Assembly (NCBI GenBank): GCA_963772725.1
Contig: CAVYYI010000001.1
Location: 896,001 to 960,000, forward strand
From: an uncultured Phycisphaerales bacterium
GTDB taxonomy: Bacteria > Planctomycetota > Phycisphaerae > Sedimentisphaerales > Anaerobacaceae
Reading direction: 5' to 3'
DNA: 64,000 nt
The position numbers and the translations under genes are program-made. Numbering within the stretch: position 1 is the stretch's first letter; each line of letters opens with the position of its first letter. Below, one piece after another: positions 32,527-41,933 of this stretch. The notes under the pieces were generated by a model that made no database searches, was not told where the DNA came from, and worked only from the letters and a program-made list of their open reading frames with translations.

Positions 32527-34074
32527 TTATAAACTCCTCCGGTTGCGACGACGCCAAACTACCCAGACAAGAAACGCCAGAAGCGTAAAAAACACAGCCA
32601 ATCCAATTCGTGTCCACATTACATAAGGAACATTCTCAGGCAAAACGTTTTTCATCCTGATAATCGGTATCCATTCCTGCACAAACCAAAACCCGAGAAT
32701 AAACAGCAAAAAAGCTGGTGTAATGTATTTAATTATGAATCGATAAATGCGGGGTATTGTAATATCTGAGCCGACATGCATCTCAGACCACGCTTTATCC
32801 ATTCCAAAAACCCATGCAAAAAGAATGGTCTCTATGGTGGCAAAAACTACCAGGCAAAATGTCCCTCCCCAGAAATCCATCTCATCTACAACACCTTTAC
32901 CAAGCAGGAAAATCGCTGGCTGACATAATACAAAAGTTGTTACACCGAAAATTACGCTTGCTCTCTTTTTTGAAAAGTTAAATTCATCCTCGAGGAAAGC
33001 AATCGCCGGCTGTGCCAAAGAAATCGAAGACGTTATACCCGCCAGGAAAAGCAACATAAACCACATAAAGCCCAGGACGTTACTAAAAGCCATCTTCTGC
33101 AGGATAATCGGCATCGTAACAAAACCGAGGTCAAAAGCGCTGGAGCCAGCGATTTTGCTGATACCAGCCGACCCAAAAAAAGCAAATGCCGCTGGTATTA
33201 TGATACTCCCACCCAGAATAACCTCCGCCGTTTCATTGGTAATCGCCGCCGTTAAGCCGCTTAACACAACATCGTCATCCTTTGTCAGGTAACTCGCGTA
33301 AGTTAAAATAACGCCTATGCCCACACTTAATGTGAAAAAAATCTGTCCCGCGGCGGCAAGCCAGACCTTTGCGCTCTTAAGACCGGACAAGTCGGGATTC
33401 CACAAAAAACCAAGGCCGTTGGCTATATTATACTCCGGTTTTGCCACATCCGGTGTTCCGAGGCAGAAAATCCCAATAACCAGTATTATCGCAAACAGGA
33501 AAAGCAACGGCAGCGCATACTTGCAAACCTGTTCGATTCCCTTATTGATTCCAAAGCATATTATCACAATATTTAAAATAAATGTAATCAGAAAGAAAAT
33601 ATAATTTGGCCCGATACTACTGAAAAACTCATTTTTCACCAATCCCTGATAGCCCTGCAGGAACGCTGTCATACTCTCCTGCGTGGTACAGCCATTATAT
33701 TTACCCAGAAGCGCAAAGAAACTATAGCCTAACAGCCACGACTCAACATAGGTGTAATAAACAAATATAACTATAGGGCCAAAAATTCCTATTACGCCAA
33801 AGTATTTAATAAATCTGTTTTTGTTCCAGAGCGTATGAAAAATTCCCGGCGCGGTACTATGCTCAAAACCGCCGCCGAACCTCCCGATGGTCCATTCTAT
33901 CCACATTAACGGAATCCCGAGCAGCAGCAGCGAGATAAAATACGGGATCATAAATGCCCCTCCGCCGTTTCTCGCCGCCTGCACCGGAAATCTCAGAAAA
34001 TTACCCAGTCCGATGGCACTTCCCGCTACCGCGAGTATGATACCGAGTTTGCTTCCCCATTTTTCTCGTGCCAT
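32527..34074 (-). CDS. Sodium-dependent transporter, neurotransmitter:sodium symporter (NSS/LeuT) family
   Basis: REKW..GSAIGLGNFLRFP, NGGGAFMIPY, QIFFTLSVG. Confidence 0.95.
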   Translation of the reverse strand: MAREKWGSKLGIILAVAGSAIGLGNFLRFPVQAARNGGGAFMIPYFISLLLLGIPLMWIEWTIGRFGGGFEHSTAPGIFHTLWNKNRFIKYFGVIGIFGPIVIFVYYTYVESWLLGYSFFALLGKYNGCTTQESMTAFLQGYQGLVKNEFFSSIGPNYIFFLITFILNIVIICFGINKGIEQVCKYALPLLFLFAIILVIGIFCLGTPDVAKPEYNIANGLGFLWNPDLSGLKSAKVWLAAAGQIFFTLSVGIGVILTYASYLTKDDDVVLSGLTAAITNETAEVILGGSIIIPAAFAFFGSAGISKIAGSSAFDLGFVTMPIILQKMAFSNVLGFMWFMLLFLAGITSSISLAQPAIAFLEDEFNFSKKRASVIFGVTTFVLCQPAIFLLGKGVVDEMDFWGGTFCLVVFATIETILFAWVFGMDKAWSEMHVGSDITIPRIYRFIIKYITPAFLLFILGFWFVQEWIPIIRMKNVLPENVPYVMWTRIGLAVFFTLLAFLVWVVWRRRNRRSL

Positions 34075-34114
34075 ATTGCTTTTCTGATAAAGCTATCTGA
34101 ATGTGTCAGCGAAA

Positions 34115-34897
34115 TTATCGACTTATTCCGAGCAGGCTGAGCGTATCGCGTTCAATTATGCCTCGGATACTGCCCAGTGGTACATCCGGCAAATCCGTGT
34201 TCGAAAAAAACCTGTTGAAGCTGAGCAGCGATTCTATACAGGATGCCGCATCGCCCAGAGGAAAACCGCTTCCAAACAGCAGTTTATCCATCAGTCCGCG
34301 TTCATAAGCTGACAAAACTATATTGTAAATCTGCCATAAATTGGTTGGCTTTATAGACAGGTCCGCGTAAACATTTTGATGCTTGCTTATCATGGAAAAA
34401 GTCTGTTCCACAAAAGGCATGCCCATTGTACCAATGATCATTTTCAAAGATGGAAATGTCCTTGCGACCTCATCGAGCAGAAAAGGCTGTGCATAATCGA
34501 GGACAGCCCCCATATCGAGATGTCCGGAATTATGAAAAAACACAGGCAGACCGAGCTCCTGCGCAGATTCATAAAACTGCATGGCCATGGTATGCGCAGG
34601 ATGAAAACCACAGGCCGAACAATACAGCACAACACCTTTTAGTCCGATCTTTTCTGTTACTGATTTTAAATATCTGACGCTTATTCCATTTCGTGTCGGG
34701 TCTAAAACCGCAAAGCCAATGACTTTATCAGGATGACTTCCGACATACTCCGATAGTTTTTTATTTACAGTTTCATTTTCGCCGTCCGAAGAAGGTAACA
34801 CTATACATATATCTACCGGCTCGGCTGCTGCGAGATGTTCAGATGCACCAGCACCCTCAGAACTAAAATCTATATGTGTATGGCCATCAATTATCAC
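34115..34897 (-). CDS. Amidohydrolase_2 family protein
   Basis: IIDGHTH, LPVFFHN, VYADLS, LLFGSGFP. Confidence 0.85.
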   Translation of the reverse strand: MIIDGHTHIDFSSEGAGASEHLAAAEPVDICIVLPSSDGENETVNKKLSEYVGSHPDKVIGFAVLDPTRNGISVRYLKSVTEKIGLKGVVLYCSACGFHPAHTMAMQFYESAQELGLPVFFHNSGHLDMGAVLDYAQPFLLDEVARTFPSLKMIIGTMGMPFVEQTFSMISKHQNVYADLSIKPTNLWQIYNIVLSAYERGLMDKLLFGSGFPLGDAASCIESLLSFNRFFSNTDLPDVPLGSIRGIIERDTLSLLGISR

Positions 34898-35173
34898 GAT
34901 TGAATGTCCTTAAACTTACTTCCTATTGAAAAACCGCTTGCCAATTAACTGATAATCAATAATCAATTATATTACCCGCGTCAAGCATAAAATTTGATAT
35001 CTAACTGTGTACTTCTGTAACAATTTATGCTAATTTAACAATGTTAGTTATGCAAAATAGTATCTCGACTCAGGTCGGGATTCCGCAATTTTGCATTTTG
35101 AACTTTGATTTTTGAACTCTTAAAGCGGCCATAGGCCCATTTGAGAAATTAACGATGCTTAGAGAGAAAAATT

Positions 35174-35560
35174 ATGAACTGCCCTGCCTGCAAAGAAGCT
35201 ATGATTACGCTCGAACTGGATGAGGTGGAAGTTGACTATTGTCCAGTTTGCTGGGGAATATGGCTTGATAAAGGAGAACTGGAGCTTCTGCTCGGGGATT
35301 CCGAACAGGCTAAACAACTGCTGGCCTCATTCAAGACCGCAGAAAATTGTTCTGAAAAGCCGCGAAAATGCCCCATTTGTTTAAAGAAAATGCACAAGAT
35401 TTTTGTCGGTGCTGAGGCGAACAAACAGTTAATAGACAAATGCCGCAAAGGTGACGGCCTGTGGTTCGATAAAGGTGAACTGAAAAATGTCCTTAAATCA
35501 GGCTCTTTCGACCAGCACGGCAAAATAGCCAAAACCCTAACCAATATCTTCGGTGGATAG
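35174..35560 (+). CDS. Tandem zinc-ribbon (zf-TFIIB-like) protein
   Basis: Two repeats C..C...D.C..C.G.W.DKGEL. Confidence 0.85.
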   Translation: MNCPACKEAMITLELDEVEVDYCPVCWGIWLDKGELELLLGDSEQAKQLLASFKTAENCSEKPRKCPICLKKMHKIFVGAEANKQLIDKCRKGDGLWFDKGELKNVLKSGSFDQHGKIAKTLTNIFGG

Positions 35561-35790
35561 ACGAAAAAAGACACATGACGCAGGGAAAAACGTACAGCGT
35601 AGAGGCGAAAAAAACGAGATACTCTTCACAAGATACGAACGTATAATCTGATTTCCCGCAGACGCAAAGAGGCAAAGATTTTTAGGATTACGGTTGGCAA
35701 TCGAAAATTGAAATAATCTGTGTCTCTTCATGTTAATTTACTTATTGAAAGTTCTTTTATAAAGTAAGCGGGGAGGCTAAAATATATGCG

Positions 35791-37129
35791 ATGAGTACGA
35801 TAAATGAACAGGAACGGTTAGAGGCAATTCGGCAGCAGATAAAGAGTTTTCCGAACGGGCCGGGGCTTTATTTTATGAAGGACTCAGCGGATAAAGTACT
35901 TTATATCGGCAAGGCGAAAAACCTCCGCTCGCGAGTAAGCAGTTATTTTCAGGAATCCAGCGACCTTGCGGCATCTCGTGGGCCGAAAATTGTCGAAATG
36001 ATTAGCAAAATCAAAACGATTGACTGTCTCGAAACCGAAACGGAAGTCGATGCGATGCTCCAGGAGGCCCGGCTGATTAAAGACGTTCGGCCGGTGTATA
36101 ATACCGAACTGGTCGATGACAAAACTTTCCCCTACCTCGAAATAATAATATCCGAGGATTTTCCAGGGGTATATATGACCCGAAAGCCGCAACTTAAAGG
36201 CTCAAAGCTTTTCGGGCCTTTCACCGGTGCCAAAGACCTGAGAAATATTCTTGTGATGCTGCAAAAAATATTTAAATTCCGCACGTGTCGGCTTGATATA
36301 CGCAACGATGACCCGAAGCGAAAGTTTTTCCGGCCATGTTTGTTGCACAGCATAAAACAATGTGTCGCACCGTGTGCGGAGAAGATAAGTTATCAGGATT
36401 ACAAAAAAATTATCAGAGACCTCACAAAATTTCTCACATCGAAGCGTTCGGTAATACTTCGCGAATTAAATACGCAGATGGCGACGGCGGCCAATGCGAT
36501 GGAGTATGAAAAAGCGGCGATGCTCCGCGACCGAATCCGTCTTATTGAGAAAATAGACCGCCGGGGTACGCCCGACCTGGATGTTCAGCCTGAAGTTTTC
36601 GCCTCCGACCCCGCAAAGGCGCTTGATCGAGCTTCAAAACATATTGCAATATCCCCAGCCCATCAGAATCATTGAAGGTATTGATATCGCCCACATCGGA
36701 GGCACTGAATCAGTCGGCTCATTAGTCAAATTCATTGACGGCAGACCGTTTAAGGCTGGGTACCGCAGATTCAAAATCAAAACCGTTACAGGCATTGATG
36801 ATTACGCAATGATTGCCGAAGTTGTCAAACGCCGATACAAATATGCCGTGGCCGGTGAGGAACTCTGGCCGGACCTTATCCTAATTGACGGGGGCATAGG
36901 CCAGCTTCATGCTGCTGAATCCGCCTTTAAGGAAATGAACGCACCAGCCCCTAAAATAGCCGCCCTTGCGAAAAAAGAGGAAGAAATATACCTCCAGGCA
37001 AGCCCCAAGCCCTTGAAACTTCCTGCCAACTCCCCTGCCCGCAAACTGCTGCAATACGTCAGGGATGAGGCTCACCGCTTCGCCCAGCACTATCACCACC
37101 TTCTGAGAAACAAAAGGATGATTAATTAG
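35791..37129 (+). CDS. uvrC: Excinuclease ABC subunit C, short form (frameshift near 36627)
   Basis: GIY-YIG (GLYFM..LYIGKAKNLRSRVSSYF), UVR domain (MEYEKAAMLRD), RNase H-like domain (EGIDIAH, DDYAM, LIDGG, RDEAHRFA). Confidence 0.93.
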
Positions 37130-37130
37130 A

Positions 37131-37188
37131 AGACCCAAGACACCAGACCCAAGACAAAAGGCGTGGAGCATACCGCGTAGAGCGTACA
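37131..37188. repeat. Short heptamer tandem repeats (AGACNNN x4; GCGT/GCAT-NNN x4)
   Basis: agaccca agacacc agaccca agacaaa; gcgtgga gcatacc gcgtaga gcgtaca. Confidence 0.6.
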
Positions 37189-37490
37189 GATGGGATGTTA
37201 TCAATTTTTTAGTGTTTGATTGAAAATTATTGTTTGCCTTATCAAAAAAGAGGTATTATAATATATCTGGTTGCAGTTAAGGAGACTGGATAAAATAAGG
37301 AAGGTTTTTATTGAGGAGAAGGAATAAAAGCGAAATAGACCGGGGGCGGATTATCGAAATTTTGAGCAAACCTCTGGGTGGTTGAAAACGGGAAATATAT
37401 AAGATAAAGAAATTTTTTGGTTTGATTGACCGATAATAACATAATTATTTAAGAAATTGCGGCTTGTAATCCGACATATAAAATAGTGGT

Positions 37491-38000
37491 TTGTATATGA
37501 TAAGATTAGATAAAAGAAAAGTTTCAGGTCGTGAAAAAGACGAGGCTACTATCCATCTCCTTGAACGTCTCAGGGAGAAGCTCTATGCTGATAATCCATC
37601 AGCTGCACGACGCGCAGCACACCATTTATCCTGGATGCAGGAGGATGGCCTGGATATCCTTAAAGAAGCCCTTTTCAGCAGGATTTCTAGAACTGCCAAT
37701 ACTGCGGCCGCATACGGTTTGCGAAAAATGCACGGACGCATGAAAAAGGCAGCGATGGATGTTTTTAAAGAGGGACTCGAACATAATAACGGCAATGTAG
37801 TTGCGGTGTGCCGAAAGGCATTATTGCATGTAATTGAAAAAACACAAGATATATCCGCCGCAAAGAAGAGGCCGCCAAGAAAAACAAGGTTTGTGATTAG
37901 AGACATTCGCGCTAACGGGAATGTTGTTTCAAATCAATTGTTGCGAAGGGTAGAAAAGCCGCTGCGGAGAAGAGAAATTTTAAACGACTTCGATATTTAA
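37491..38000 (+). CDS. Hypothetical basic protein (HEAT-like helical core possible); start uncertain
   Basis: Open 169-aa frame with helical-repeat pattern (ARRAAHHLSWMQEDGL...AAAYGLRKM). Confidence 0.55.
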   Translation: MYMIRLDKRKVSGREKDEATIHLLERLREKLYADNPSAARRAAHHLSWMQEDGLDILKEALFSRISRTANTAAAYGLRKMHGRMKKAAMDVFKEGLEHNNGNVVAVCRKALLHVIEKTQDISAAKKRPPRKTRFVIRDIRANGNVVSNQLLRRVEKPLRRREILNDFDI

Positions 38001-38102
38001 CAATTGAAGTGTAAACCAATGGGGGTTGCGGTTCGTTTTTTTCTGGATACCTGCTTTCGCAGATATGACATAGTCTTGACTTTAATTTTACAGAAGTAAT
38101 TT

Positions 38103-39833
38103 ATGAAGAACGCCGTTATCAGCGAACTTTTCAGCAGGATGGCCGACGTTATGGAAATCCTCGGCGAGGACAGATTCCGCATCAACAGTTATAAAAAAGT
38201 CTCGCGGATTATAAGTGAAATACCTGTCGATGTTGAAACTCTACTGGCATCAGGCGATTTGGCGAAAACGCCCGGTATCGGGCAATCGAGCCTGGCTAAG
38301 ATTGAAGAGTTTGTGAAAACCGGCAAAATGACCGCTTATGAACAACTGATGACTAAAATACCCCCTACTTTGCTGGAACTGCTTAGCATACCAGGTATGG
38401 GGCCAAAAGGGGTCAAAACAATTTATGAGAACCTCAAGGTAACGAATATTACTGAACTGAAAAAGGCTATTCAGGACGGCTCTCTGATAGGGCTTGCGGG
38501 CTTTGGAGAAAAAAAAGCTGCAGCAATCAACAAAGGAATCGAATTTCTCGAAAAAGCAACAGACAGAATTCGCCTTGACCAGGCAGTACAGGCAGCTGAA
38601 ATTGTTACCGAATTTTTGAAAAAACAATCTGGTGTCAAAAAAATAATGACCGCAGGGTCGCTGCGCCGCAACGTTGAGACTATCGGCGACGTGGATATTC
38701 TTGTTGTCGCGGATAAGGGGGAAAAAATAATAAACGCCTTTACCAAAGCCCCCTTCGTTCAGGAGATACTCGCCGCCGGAGAAACAAAAGGTTCGGTTGT
38801 TATTCAGACTGAAAGTGTTCCGGTGCATGTTGACGTACGCGTTGTGCCGCAGGAAAGTTTTGGGGCGGCGGCGCAATATTTTACGGGGTCAAAACAACAT
38901 AATGTGCGGCTGCGGGAAATCGCGGTGAAAGCGAAGATGAAACTGAATGAGTACGGTTTATTTAAAAATGACAAGATGATTGCCGGCGCGACTGAGGAGG
39001 AAATTTATAAGAAGCTTGGTCTGGATTATGTAAGCCCCCTGCTGCGGGAAGACCGGGGGGAAATTGAAGCCGCAAAAACACATTCGCTACCGAATTTGAT
39101 TCAGCTCAAAGATATAAAGGGCGACCTTCACATTCACACGAAAGCATCTGATGGAAGAAATGAAATTTCTGAAATTATCGAGGCCGCTAAAGAACTTGGT
39201 TATAAATATATTTGCATCACTGACCATTCGCACTCATCGGCAATCGCCAACGGCCAATCCGCCAAACAATTGGCTAAGCAGATAGAGCAAATTCATTCGA
39301 TTAATGAGAAGCTCAAGGGTCTGACGGTTTTTGCCGGCTGCGAACTTGACATCCTCGCTGACGGGTCGCTTGATTTTGATGATGATTTGCTTAGCGAACT
39401 GGATTTTGTTGTCGCTTCGATACACTCGGGGATGGGAAGTGCGAGAGAAAAAGTAACAAGCCGCACGTTAAAGGCGATGGATAATCCTTACGTCAGTTGT
39501 ATTGCGCACCCGACCGGCAGGCTCATCGGCGAACGAGAACCGATGGATATAGATATAACTGCGATAATTAAGCATGCGGCTGAAACTCACACGGCACTTG
39601 AACTCAACGCTAATCCGCACAGGCTTGACTTGAAAGATATTCACTGCAAAATGGCTATTGAGGCGGGTGTCAAATTAAGTATCGCGACCGATGCTCACAG
39701 TGTTGGCGGTCTTAGCTTGATGAACTATGGAGTAGCTACTGCTGCACGAGGATGGGCGGGGAAATCCGATATTATCAATACTATGCCTGTGGAAAATTTC
39801 AAAGGTTGGCTTGCTGTAAAAAAAGCAACATAA
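38103..39833 (+). CDS. polX: DNA polymerase X with PHP exonuclease domain
   Basis: HhH motifs, AGSLRR, GDVDIL, YFTGSK, LNEYGL, GDLHIHT, ITDHS, AHPTGR, TDAH. Confidence 0.96.
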   Translation: MKNAVISELFSRMADVMEILGEDRFRINSYKKVSRIISEIPVDVETLLASGDLAKTPGIGQSSLAKIEEFVKTGKMTAYEQLMTKIPPTLLELLSIPGMGPKGVKTIYENLKVTNITELKKAIQDGSLIGLAGFGEKKAAAINKGIEFLEKATDRIRLDQAVQAAEIVTEFLKKQSGVKKIMTAGSLRRNVETIGDVDILVVADKGEKIINAFTKAPFVQEILAAGETKGSVVIQTESVPVHVDVRVVPQESFGAAAQYFTGSKQHNVRLREIAVKAKMKLNEYGLFKNDKMIAGATEEEIYKKLGLDYVSPLLREDRGEIEAAKTHSLPNLIQLKDIKGDLHIHTKASDGRNEISEIIEAAKELGYKYICITDHSHSSAIANGQSAKQLAKQIEQIHSINEKLKGLTVFAGCELDILADGSLDFDDDLLSELDFVVASIHSGMGSAREKVTSRTLKAMDNPYVSCIAHPTGRLIGEREPMDIDITAIIKHAAETHTALELNANPHRLDLKDIHCKMAIEAGVKLSIATDAHSVGGLSLMNYGVATAARGWAGKSDIINTMPVENFKGWLAVKKAT

Positions 39834-39940
39834 ATGAATGAGACGAGGATACCTTTACAGGCCTTTGAAATCTAATCGTGGCTTGACTGGTATGGTAGCC
39901 ATATAGTCTCTTTAGCGATGGAACAAATCGTAAGGTCAAC

Positions 39941-41812
39941 TTAGCATTTATCAATGTCTATTTTGCCGAGGACGGAGAGGGCTATTTTGACGTTTCCGAA
40001 AGGTGCGCTGACGGCAAAGCCGGCTACGCAGGGGCCAATTTTTTCGAGCATTTCTCTTGCGATTTCTATGCCAATAATTTTACCTTGTTCTTTGGTTGTC
40101 GCCTTGCTCATTCTTTTGAGCAGGTTACCAGGCACGACCACACCTGGGACTTCGTTGGCCATAAACTCCGCGTTTTTATAACTCGTGAAAGGCCATACCC
40201 CTGCGATTACTGGTATAGAAAAATCTTTTACAGCATCGAGAAAATTTAAAAGCATATCGACATCGAACACCGGCTGGGTAATAGCGAATTCAGCGCCAGC
40301 CTGGACTTTTTGCCTAAAACGCTCCACTTCTTTTTTAATATCCGTGGCGACGGGATTGGCGCCGACACCTATCGCCATTTTTACAGGAGGTGAAAAACTG
40401 TTACCGCCGATATCTATGCCTCGATTGAGATTTCGCAGCGCAGCAGTCAGTGCGATTGAGTCGAGGTCGAAGACGCCTGTCGCATCGGGGTAATCGCCCA
40501 TTTTAGGCGGGTCGCCCGTAACGATGAGCATATTTTTGAGGCCGACAGCACAGGCGCCGAGCATATCGGACTGCATCCCGATAAGATTTCTGTCGCGGCA
40601 GCAGAAGTGCAGTACTGTCTCGATTGCAGCAAGCTGCTGTATCTGCATAGCTGTTACCATTGGCGAAAGTCTTGAACTTGCCCGCGGACCATCGGGGATG
40701 TTTATCGCATCGACATCCATCTCGGCGCACAATTTTGCTTTTTCGATTGTCGAGGTAATATCAATGCCTTTGGGAGGTGTCAGTTCGATTAAGGTTACTT
40801 TTTTACCTTCGGTTATTTTCCTGCCGAGTTCGGATTTCTGTGCCAGCGGCAAAGATTTTATGGATGGTTCTTTTTTGGCAGTCTCAACTGTTATAACACC
40901 GGCGGGTTTGGGTTTTGCTTTGTGGGCTTTGTCTATCGCTCTAACGGCATGGACGATTTGTTTTATATGCGCGGGCGTTGTTCCGCAGCAACCGCCGATT
41001 ATTCTGGCTCCTTTTTCATAAAATCTCTTGGCGTATTCGGCCATATATTCAGGGGTTGACATATAAAGCATTCGGTTATCGACGCTTCGAGGCATACCGG
41101 CGTTTGGCTGTACGGATACAGGCTTATCGATAATGTTTATCACACGCTCGAGGTTGCTTAACATTGCGGCAGGCCCGGTGGAGCAGTTGAAACCGACGGC
41201 AGTTACAGCGTCCTGGTCGGCAATTTTGCGGATAGCCTGTTCAACTTTCTCGCCGTAAATGGTCTCGTGGCTTTCCGTAACGGTCATCTGCGCGACAAGC
41301 TCAAGATTAGTTACATCGTGAACGGCGGATATTGCGATGAGCAGTTCTTCAGTGTTTGAGAAAGTTTCGAGGATAATAAAATCCGCGCCCGCATCGGCCA
41401 GGACTTTTGCCTGCCTGCGAAAAGCATCAGTAGTTTCCTGTCTTGTCAGGATACTGTATTCTCTCAATTCGCGCCCCAGCGGGCCTATTGCGCCAGCCAC
41501 CAGAACGGATTGCCCAGCGGATTCGATAGCAAGCTTCACGGCGGCGGCGTTAATTATTTCCACATCTTTGTTCAGGCCGTATTTGCCGAGTTTGAATTCG
41601 TTTGCCCCAAAGGTATTTGTCTCGATAAAATCGACGCCCGCCTTGACATAAGCATTATGAATCTCTTTTATTACTTCCGGCCTGCTCAGGTTCAGCTCGT
41701 CGAAGCAACTGTTCAGGAAGACGCCTTTCTCATAGAGCATTGTCCCCATCGCTCCGTCACCCAGTACCACATGCTTATTCAGCAATGCGCTTAGTTTTTC
41801 TTTTTCTGCCAT
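39941..41812 (-). CDS. Bifunctional homocysteine S-methyltransferase / methylenetetrahydrofolate reductase (YitJ-like)
   Basis: DGAMGT, ETNTFGAN, GFNCSTGP, QPNAG, IGGCCGTTP; MTHFR half: IPDGPRA, CRDRN, VTGDPP, ITQPVFD. Confidence 0.95.
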   Translation of the reverse strand: MAEKEKLSALLNKHVVLGDGAMGTMLYEKGVFLNSCFDELNLSRPEVIKEIHNAYVKAGVDFIETNTFGANEFKLGKYGLNKDVEIINAAAVKLAIESAGQSVLVAGAIGPLGRELREYSILTRQETTDAFRRQAKVLADAGADFIILETFSNTEELLIAISAVHDVTNLELVAQMTVTESHETIYGEKVEQAIRKIADQDAVTAVGFNCSTGPAAMLSNLERVINIIDKPVSVQPNAGMPRSVDNRMLYMSTPEYMAEYAKRFYEKGARIIGGCCGTTPAHIKQIVHAVRAIDKAHKAKPKPAGVITVETAKKEPSIKSLPLAQKSELGRKITEGKKVTLIELTPPKGIDITSTIEKAKLCAEMDVDAINIPDGPRASSRLSPMVTAMQIQQLAAIETVLHFCCRDRNLIGMQSDMLGACAVGLKNMLIVTGDPPKMGDYPDATGVFDLDSIALTAALRNLNRGIDIGGNSFSPPVKMAIGVGANPVATDIKKEVERFRQKVQAGAEFAITQPVFDVDMLLNFLDAVKDFSIPVIAGVWPFTSYKNAEFMANEVPGVVVPGNLLKRMSKATTKEQGKIIGIEIAREMLEKIGPCVAGFAVSAPFGNVKIALSVLGKIDIDKC

Positions 41813-41871
41813 AATTACTACCTTTTTAAAACTCCTGGTATTTAGTCAAATTATGTGAAAAAAGCAACAAT

Positions 41872-41904
41872 AAAAAACCCCGCGGATAAGTCGCGGGGTT
41901 TTTT
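41872..41904. terminator. Intrinsic terminator (bidirectional A/T tails) downstream of the enolase fusion
   Basis: aaaaaaccccgcg-gataagt-cgcggggtttttt. Confidence 0.9.
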
Positions 41905-41933
41905 CATTGCTAATTTTACACAAGCTGGTCTAA

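Noticed and set aside
38250..38876. Long antisense ORFs opposite polX and similar ones elsewhere (15151-15795, 20088-20738, 1319-1882)
   Set aside because: Shadow frames of well-supported genes with no motifs
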